DNA from: a virus
Taxonomy: Duplodnaviria; Caudoviricetes
Reading direction: 5' to 3' (one strand)
DNA length: 64,000 nucleotides
Virus record (IMG/VR): IMGVR_UViG_3300043009_000039
Location: 1-64,000 of that record
The notes under the pieces are model-generated. The model was not told the origin of the DNA, made no database searches, and saw only the letters and a list, made by a program, of their open reading frames with translations. Below, piece after piece: positions 57,274-63,658 of the stretch. Numbering within the stretch: the first letter of the stretch is position 1; every line of letters begins with the position of its first letter. The translations under genes and the position numbers were made by a program.

Positions 57274-57531
57274 TTAAAACTGCATCGTTTCAAAAGATAC
57301 AATTTCAAAGTAATTCAAATTCACCTCGATTTTCGGGCACAGTTTTTCCCCGAAAAAGTACAGTTTAACGCCAGTAAAGCGCATGAAACGGTTTATAAGC
57401 CGCTCAGGCGTGTCTTGATAACGGTCGTTGAAATACGATACGACGAACCCGTTTTCAACTCTTAATCTCGGTTCAATCAGGGCAAATTCAAGCCCTGATT
57501 CTTTTTCGCGTAATACGATTTTGTAGTTCAT
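57274..57531 (-). CDS. Early cassette 1, hypothetical (downstream of mini-tRNA C)
   Basis: 85 aa; its stop abuts the hammerhead. Confidence 0.7.
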   Translation of the reverse strand: MNYKIVLREKESGLEFALIEPRLRVENGFVVSYFNDRYQDTPERLINRFMRFTGVKLYFFGEKLCPKIEVNLNYFEIVSFETMQF

Positions 57532-57558
57532 AACAGTAAGTATTTTAGTTCAACATAG

Positions 57559-57606
57559 TAAGGGCGCGGGGGTTCGAACCCCGTAAAAATTCCACAATTC
57601 GCCCCT
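57559..57606 (-). ncRNA. Anticodon-less tRNA-like element C (48 nt)
   Basis: AGGGGCG / 16-nt linker containing GG / CGGGG-TTCGAAC-CCCCG / CGCCCTT-A: 7-bp acceptor stem plus 5-bp T-stem with a canonical T-loop. Confidence 0.7.
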
Positions 57607-58140
57607 GCATCGGTTTACGTCAACGATGCACTTTGACGTTTGCCCCTTAATTCAGGGGCTTAATAACCAAAAACTTAATTATGTTTTGCCGCTACCTTGT
57701 TACGTGCTCGGCACGCCTCCTGCATTTACTTTCATAGTTCGTCCAGTACATAGGACGGACGGCCAACTAAGCGCAATTATATTAGCGCAATTCGTTGACG
57801 TTTGGATAATTCATTCACTGCAGTTGTCAAGACGGCTCAAATATTTTTATCGTTAAATCCTAAAAACGTCCTGCATCAACCGCTAAGCCGGAGCGACTTT
57901 TTTGCTCGAAAAAAGCGCAATTTTTCCCCTTTCAAGATTTTACCCTTGTCCAGTTCGGTTTTTTAATTCTCTTAACAATTTGACCCTCTTCCTTAACAAA
58001 ACGTTACACTTGGTAACTTCGATTAACTCTTTTACAACCCGATTTAAACTTTTTTATGATTTCGGGCGTCCTACTTGAGGAAAAGTCTCTTTTTTGTTAA
58101 TTTGGATAGTCAAATTATTAAAATTTGCCAAAGAACTCCG

Positions 58141-58197
58141 TTAGAGTTCTGACCAACTCTAACGCTACAAAAGTAGGTATAATCGATTATATGCAAA
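58141..58197 (-). promoter_or_regulatory. Early promoter TTTG-N18-TACTTTTG followed by an 8-bp 5' hairpin (58141-58162)
   Basis: -33 at 58194-58197 and -7 at 58168-58175 on the minus strand; TTAGAGTT/AACTCTAA hairpin. Confidence 0.55.
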
Positions 58198-58483
58198 GGT
58201 CAATTTTCCCACAAAGTTAGCTAATTTGTCGGTAATTACTTATCTTGTTGAATATCAATAAGTTAGGTTATTAAGATAGTTGTAGTTAGTTATTACCTAT
58301 TATATACAACTGTAGTAAGTACAATTACAGATTACGGATTAATCGACGCCGTATAATTGCCACAATTGCGACGCCTCAAGATGCAATTATAGTAGCACAC
58401 TAATAATTACAGTTGGTACACTTTACCCCCTTGAGTTGATGCATCAACTTTGCCCCGCCCCTTTGTTTCGTCGACGTCGTGAA

Positions 58484-58545
58484 ACTACCTACTACCTACT
58501 ACCTACTACCTACTACCTACTATCTATATAAGTAAGTAGTAGGTA
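58484..58545. repeat. Tandem (ACTACCT)x5 plus one degenerate copy and an inverted partial copy
   Basis: 58484-58525 tandem; AGTAGTAGGTA at 58535-58545. Confidence 0.9.
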
Positions 58546-58744
58546 CTTTGCGAGCGGACGACGCACCACCGCGTTTTTTGGTCAAAAATAGAAGAAAATT
58601 AGCTATTTTGGCGTAAAAGTCACTTTCCGAAAAACAGAATAATTTTAAGGGAAAAAAGAGTATATAGGTATAATAGAAACTACCTACATTTGTGCTGTAG
58701 AATGAAACAAGCCCCTGCAGGGGCAAACTTAAATACTTACAATT

Positions 58745-59512
58745 ATGAAAAAAGAAACAAAGAAAGCTACAAAGGGGGCAAAGAAAGCCACGGCAAAGAA
58801 AGCCGAAAGCGAAAGCACGGCGTTAACCGTTATTGCCGAAACAAACAATAACGCCGAAACTGAAACAGTCGACGCCGAAACAGTCGAATGCACGACGTTG
58901 GTACTTTGCACGGCAAAGAAAGCAAAAAAGGAAAGCGAAAGCGAAAAAAAGGAAAGCGCAAACTTTCGAAAAGCTTTCAAGACTGAAGCAAACAGTTACG
59001 GCGCGGCTATCCGTAACATGCAGGCAATTGCAAGCAAAGGAAATAAGCGGGCGCAAAAGATATTAGCCGCTTTCGGCTTGTCGACAAAATCGAGCGCAAA
59101 GGAAATTAGCACGGCCCGCGCCGCTATCTTTGCCGCGTATCCTTTTGCAACGGCTGAAGGTACTCTTTGCCGTTTTCGCTTACTGAATACTGAAGAAAGC
59201 GTTTTTTGTGGCCTGAACAAAAAGCTTTTCGGCGTTTTTGAGGCGGCGAAAAGTTGGGGCGAAATTCTTGATGAAAGCTACATTAGCACGGTTAAGGGCC
59301 GCGCGCAAGCTATTATCGAGCCGCTAACCGTCGAAAGGGAAAGGGGGGTTATTTCCTTTGTATACGCGCCTTTATATTGCATCGACGGCGCGAAAGTAGG
59401 CAAAGATTATAGCCGCGAATATACGGCGTATCTTTGCGCGAAAAGCGACGCTAATAAAGCGGCAAAGAATGCACGCGCGAAAGCTTTCGAAGAAAGCACG
59501 ACAAACGAATAA
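58745..59512 (+). CDS. K/A-rich hypothetical protein (histone-like basic N-terminus)
   Basis: 255-aa ORF with an A-rich leader and a TACATTTG box at 58685-58692. Confidence 0.65.
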   Translation: MKKETKKATKGAKKATAKKAESESTALTVIAETNNNAETETVDAETVECTTLVLCTAKKAKKESESEKKESANFRKAFKTEANSYGAAIRNMQAIASKGNKRAQKILAAFGLSTKSSAKEISTARAAIFAAYPFATAEGTLCRFRLLNTEESVFCGLNKKLFGVFEAAKSWGEILDESYISTVKGRAQAIIEPLTVERERGVISFVYAPLYCIDGAKVGKDYSREYTAYLCAKSDANKAAKNARAKAFEESTTNE

Positions 59513-59724
59513 AGCACGATACAACACACACAAAGGGGGCAAAGATGCAATATTCTTTGCCCCTTTTCTTTTGCCCTTATACTACCTATTACGACGCCTC
59601 GAGCGCTCGAAAGCACGTACTACCTACATACTCTATCTTTTCAACCACTACAAAAGGGGGGCTTAATCCTTACTTTTCATCATGATGAAACAATAGATAC
59701 CTACTTACTTTCTCTATTGATATT

Positions 59725-59763
59725 CTCTTTACTCTTTACTCTTTACTCTTACTCTTACTCTTT
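59725..59763. repeat. Tandem (CTCTTTA)x3 (CTCTTA)x2
   Basis: Read directly. Confidence 0.85.
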
Positions 59764-60242
59764 TCGCTTTACTCTATCTATCTATCTATATATATACGTT
59801 TGTACTCTTTATTCTCGACAATAGGATATTAGCTTATATGTTTCCGTTTGTTTCGGTTGGTATGTTTTCGGAAAATGTTTTTTGCAAGCTGTTTTTTTCG
59901 ACGCCTTGAGGCCCTTTGCTTACTTTCTCTTTGCCGTCTAATTACCCCCCTTTCAACGTCTATTTTCACGCAATTACGCCCCTTTATTGTCTACCTACTT
60001 ACTACCTACTTTTGCCCCTTTGCGCCCCCTTTTCGGCTTAATAACGCCTACAATACGACCGCTTCAGCCGCGTTTTACGCCCTTTTCAATGCAAGGGGGG
60101 GGGCGGCAAAGCCAGGACAAACAGGGGGGGCTACCTTCTCTCAAATTTTTTTCTGTTTTTTTTATTTTCAGGACTATCTATATGCTTCTTTCTTTACTGC
60201 TTACCTTTCTTGCAGATTTTTTTATTTTATTTTTTCATTACA

Positions 60243-60373
60243 GCTAATCCCCCTTCTTTCTATGCTAATTCCCCTTCTTTTCTTCTGAATTTCTGCGACA
60301 TGATTTCTCGGATGCTTTGTTCTCGCTTGGGATTTTCTTGCAATGATACGCCTTGTTCAAATTTCTGCGACAT
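60243..60373. repeat. 21-bp imperfect tandem (60243-60283) and direct repeat AATTTCTGCGACAT (60288-60301, 60360-60373)
   Basis: Read directly. Confidence 0.75.
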
Positions 60374-61048
60374 TGCATCGGCGACAAGGGACTGCTGCGA
60401 TTTTGGAACGAAAAAAGCGATTGTACTTAGGATAGATAAAGCTATTAAGCAAGATTGAATAAATTTCAATAAAATTAACGCCAATCTATGATAGGGACGA
60501 CGCGGCTGCGACATTGGGAGGCTGATACTATGGCGCAGAGCGAAGCAACGAGAGCAAGGACGCTGAAAAACGATTCAGGGCGCGATTTCAGACGTTTGGC
60601 TGAACAACCGTCCGACTTAGACGCGATAAGCGATTCTGCGCGATTTTAGGGGGCTTTTCAGGGCATATTCGCGTCTGCGTCCGACTCTGCCGTCTGAATC
60701 GCTTGACGGGAACGAAAAAGAGGGCGCAAGGACGACCCGCCGAAGGAGGAGGAGCGACTGCCCGAAGAGCGAACGAATTGACGCAGGAGCGGAGGCGACG
60801 AGGCGGGGAGGGAACATAACGGGCGCGAAGCGGGCAAGCAAAAGAGGCGGAGCTTTTCTTTTTAGATGCGAAGCATCTTTTTCTTTATATAATATATATA
60901 TTAATACAGAAGTATATGATTAAGTATAGAGAACTCTATATAGGAGAGTTTAATTCTTTCTTTTTTAGGGGGATGTAGGGGGACATTTTTCTTTCTTATT
61001 AGAGAACCTGTCAGCAAGCGTGTTTTTTTGTCGCTGTTTTCCGAGTGG

Positions 61049-61254
61049 AACTTTTAGGAAAAGTTGGTCTTTATCTTATCCGACCGCTGTTTTTCGGTTT
61101 CCTCCTCTTCTGTCGTGTTCCAAGCGCTTCATTGTCAGCCAATTATAACTTTTTCCAAAAGTTCGGTTCGTGTTTTTACCCCTCTTCTCCCGTTAGATTT
61201 TTCGCGTTTCATACGTTGCTGATTGTCAAGCAATTGTAACTTTTCCCAAAAGTT
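61049..61254. promoter_or_regulatory. Three perfect 17-bp palindromes AACTTTT-N3-AAAAGTT (operator-like)
   Basis: 61049-61065, 61147-61163, 61238-61254; a one-mismatch copy at 62008-62024. Confidence 0.75.
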
Positions 61255-61310
61255 GGTCTTATTCTGTTGTCGTTGTTTTGAAAATCGCAATATATTTTTT
61301 CTTCTTCGGC

Positions 61311-61341
61311 GTTGCTGTTTTAAAAAATCCGATTACATTTG
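61311..61341 (+). promoter_or_regulatory. Promoter GTTG-N19-TACATTTG for the KilA-N gene
   Basis: -7 box at 61334-61341. Confidence 0.55.
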
Positions 61342-61368
61342 TGGCATAACCAAAACCGTTTTGAACCT

Positions 61369-61989
61369 ATGGAAATAATCAAGAGAGAGATGTTCGGCGC
61401 CGAGCTTCGTCAGCGGGCCGACAATGATTTTCTTTGTGTGACCGATTTGGTCAAGGTGTGCAACAGTCGTCGACTTGCCCGCGGAGGCGGATACGCGACC
61501 GTGCATCAATGGATAGCCAGCAAACAGACTTCCGAATACCGTGCCCTGCTCCGCCCGATTTACGGAGAAACCTATACCGCCGAACTTGGGCGCGGCAAGA
61601 CCTCGTGGGCGCATCCCCTGCTCTTCATCCGACTCGTCATGATGTTTGAACCGAGATTCAGAGTCGAGGAATACCCTTGGCTTCTTGAATGCCTCGTGAA
61701 ATACCGCCTCGCCGGGTCTGTCGAGGAGCGCGGATTTATCGGTGCGCTCTATGCGAACTCCACCTCGCAGTCGGCTTTTATCCGCGAGTACACATACTTC
61801 GATGCGTTGATTCTGAATGTAGTGGGCGCTCTGAATTGGCACGAAGCCACACCGTCGCAGACCGAATACCGCTTCGTCATATACGACTACATCACCCAAT
61901 ACTGCGGCGTGTTTTACAAAAACAACATGGAGGCGGTGCGATTGGGGCTTCTGAAAGCGAAGGAATGGAAACTTTCTCTTACGGATTAG
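61369..61989 (+). CDS. KilA-N domain DNA-binding protein
   Basis: LRQRADNDFLCVTDL...QWIASKQTSEY...GRGKTSWAHPLLF; ATG at 61369. Confidence 0.75.
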   Translation: MEIIKREMFGAELRQRADNDFLCVTDLVKVCNSRRLARGGGYATVHQWIASKQTSEYRALLRPIYGETYTAELGRGKTSWAHPLLFIRLVMMFEPRFRVEEYPWLLECLVKYRLAGSVEERGFIGALYANSTSQSAFIREYTYFDALILNVVGALNWHEATPSQTEYRFVIYDYITQYCGVFYKNNMEAVRLGLLKAKEWKLSLTD

Positions 61990-62037
61990 CCATTTTTACC
62001 TTACTGAAACTTTTTCTAAAACTTTTCCTACATTTTC

Positions 62038-62068
62038 TTTGAATTTGAGAAAAGTGTCTTTATATTTG
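62038..62068 (+). promoter_or_regulatory. Consensus Bacteroidetes promoter TTTG-N19-TATATTTG
   Basis: TTTG 62038-62041, TATATTTG 62061-62068. Confidence 0.7.
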
Positions 62069-62235
62069 TATCACCATTTGTAAGGATTGATTTGTTTCTC
62101 CCCGACGAGAACGCGGGGGGTGCCCGTAAAAGGGCGCAAAGTCATGAATCTGTGAAGATTATAAAGTTCTCTGCAATTTTTCTCCGATTTTGCCATGCGG
62201 TGCCGTTTTTTGATTAGGATTTTTAGGCATCGCGA

Positions 62236-62286
62236 GGGTGCGGCGCAGTCGGGCGCTTATCGGGTTCGAATCCCGCGCATCCACCA
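62236..62286 (+). ncRNA. Anticodon-less tRNA-like element A (51 nt) with G3.U70, A73 and encoded CCA
   Basis: GGGTGCG / GCGC-AGTCGG-GCGC TTAT / CGGG-TTCGAAT-CCCG / CGCATCC-A-CCA. Confidence 0.75.
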
Positions 62287-62394
62287 TGCGGCGACTTAGA
62301 CCTTCAAGTTTGTTAAGTGTTTAATTAAATGGGTGTTAGTATGCTTATCTTGATTACTTGGAGTATTTTGGCAATGGTCGAAGTTGTCGCAGAC

Positions 62395-62443
62395 GGGAGC
62401 GCCGCGCGGGCGGTCGTCGAAGGTTCGAGTCCTTCCGCTCCCA
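62395..62443 (+). ncRNA. Anticodon-less tRNA-like element B (49 nt)
   Basis: GGGAGCG / CCGC-GCGG-GCGG TCGTC / GAAGG-TTCGAGT-CCTTC / CGCTCCC-A. Confidence 0.75.
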
Positions 62444-62501
62444 CTTGGAATCAGGACATATCTCGACTGTCCTCTCGGTAAAGATGAAGAAACTCTATGT
62501 G

Positions 62502-62551
62502 AGAATCGTCTGGCGCGTGTAGTCGAGAACCGCGTTGGGCGATTCTTTTTT
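62502..62551 (+). terminator. 16-bp hairpin terminator with T6
   Basis: AGAATCGTCTGGCGCG / CGCGTTGGGCGATTCT followed by TTTTT. Confidence 0.7.
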
Positions 62552-62753
62552 AAGCGGAAGTTTCAAGGCTGTCCCTTTTTATGAGGTGGTTTCAAACCAC
62601 CCCATCCCAGAGAGGGGGGCGTCGTTTTACAGACCCCCATGAGTATCAGCGAACTAAATAAACAACCACATAAAAAAGGGCCGCTTTTGGGTGACTCCTT
62701 CTTTAAAACAAACGTCCGCAAGGGCAATGTATTAACTTTTAAAATTACAAATT

Positions 62754-63620
62754 ATGGAATTAACGAAATTCAAAGGACAGTTTGGCGACGTGAGAGTCGT
62801 CGTTGAAAATGAAGAACCGTGGTTTTGCTTAAAGGATGTCTGTGAATCCCTCGGATTGACCTCTAAGGGGGTGGCTCAACGCCTCGGAGATGGGGTAATT
62901 TCAAATTACCCCATCGTTGACTCCCTTGGAAGAGAGCAGGTTGCCTCTTTCGTAAACGAAGATGGGCTTTATGATGTAATTCTTGAAAGTCGCAAGCCTG
63001 AAGCAAAAGCTTTCCGTAAGTGGGTGACATCCGAGGTTCTCCCGTCCATCCGTAAGAACGGACTCTATGCAACCGACGACCTTCTCAAAAAGACGTTGGA
63101 CGACCCCGACTTCCTTATCAACATCCTCGTAAAGGTTAGAGATGAGCGTCAGGCCCGCATCGAAGCTGAAAAGATTGCCGCCGAGCAGAAAGAACATATC
63201 AACGAGCTTTCCGCCGCCGTTTCGGAGATGCAGGTTAAGTGTGACTACGTAGAACAGATTCTCAACTCCAAGGAAGCAATCACGGTGACACAGCTCGCAG
63301 CCGACTACGGCATGTCGGCAAAAGCCATGAACAAGCTCCTTGCCCACATGAAGATTCAGCGCAAGGTAAACGGTCAGTGGGTACTCTACTCGAAATATGT
63401 GTCATATCAATATGTCGACTCCAAGACGTATTCGATTAAGGACTCGAAGGGCGGTCAGCACGCCGCGGTAAACACGCTTTGGCGTCAGAGAGGGCGACTG
63501 TTTCTTTACGAGGAATTGAAGAAGATTGGCGTACTGCCTATCCTCGAACGCGGTCTTGACTACAAGCTCGACCTCGACGCAATCCTGAACCGCGAAGTCG
63601 AAGATGCCCAATACCTCTAA
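62754..63620 (+). CDS. BRO-N + ANT/KilA-C phage antirepressor
   Basis: FGDVRVVVENEEPWFCLKDVC...FVNEDGLYDVILESRKPEAKAFRKWVTSEVLPSIRKNG; TVTQLAADYGMSA...WRQRGRLF. Confidence 0.92.
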   Translation: MELTKFKGQFGDVRVVVENEEPWFCLKDVCESLGLTSKGVAQRLGDGVISNYPIVDSLGREQVASFVNEDGLYDVILESRKPEAKAFRKWVTSEVLPSIRKNGLYATDDLLKKTLDDPDFLINILVKVRDERQARIEAEKIAAEQKEHINELSAAVSEMQVKCDYVEQILNSKEAITVTQLAADYGMSAKAMNKLLAHMKIQRKVNGQWVLYSKYVSYQYVDSKTYSIKDSKGGQHAAVNTLWRQRGRLFLYEELKKIGVLPILERGLDYKLDLDAILNREVEDAQYL

Positions 63621-63658
63621 CCCGAACCGAACAATCATTCATTAACCGAAACACTAAT

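Larger units (their letters stand above)
44393..57606 (-). repeat. Array of about 33 spacer units (stop - GC hairpin - AACCAAT(A)AAACTT-N-ATTATG) separating small early genes
   Basis: The same architecture was read at each intergenic region, e.g. 46032-46076, 49578-49629, 50041-50089, 52730-52778, 53970-54030, 56544-56608. Confidence 0.9.
62073..62551 (+). ncRNA. Putative ~480-nt structured ncRNA carrying two mini-tRNAs
   Basis: Bounded by a consensus promoter and a terminator; no long ORF; contiguous hairpins. Confidence 0.55.

Noticed and set aside
44393-57606. CRISPR array or classical integron
   Set aside because: Units are separated by 100-650 bp ORFs and the repeats are degenerate; no cas genes, no IntI tyrosine recombinase and no attC R/L boxes were seen.
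57691-57704. 14-nt match to the conserved 16S rRNA 3' region (CGTAACAAGGTAGC, minus strand)
   Set aside because: A 14-mer match to some rRNA position is expected by chance in a window this size; no flanking similarity.
59848-60841. ORF-track calls in the low-complexity region (59848-60288, 60260-60514, 60617-60841)
   Set aside because: They are derived from microsatellites and T-runs, have biased composition and lack leader motifs.
62236-62443. Standard tRNA genes or an attP tRNA fragment
   Set aside because: There is no room for an anticodon arm (16-18 nt between acceptor and T stems). An attP normally carries only the 3' part of a tRNA, whereas here both acceptor strands are present and complementary.
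62329-62481. 50-aa ORF (MGVSMLILITW...) running through mini-tRNA B
   Set aside because: It overlaps strongly structured RNA and has a weak start context; the RNA fold explains the sequence better.
62444-62530. HDV-like (theta) ribozyme after mini-tRNA B
   Set aside because: A CTG-TCCTCT-CGG P3/L3-like piece and a P2-like pairing exist, but I could not form P1/P1.1 at the tRNA 3' end.
62073-62551. Full-length or permuted two-piece tmRNA
   Set aside because: The 5' and 3' acceptor strands of element A lie within one 51-nt stretch, leaving no mRNA-like domain, and the order does not match permuted genes.
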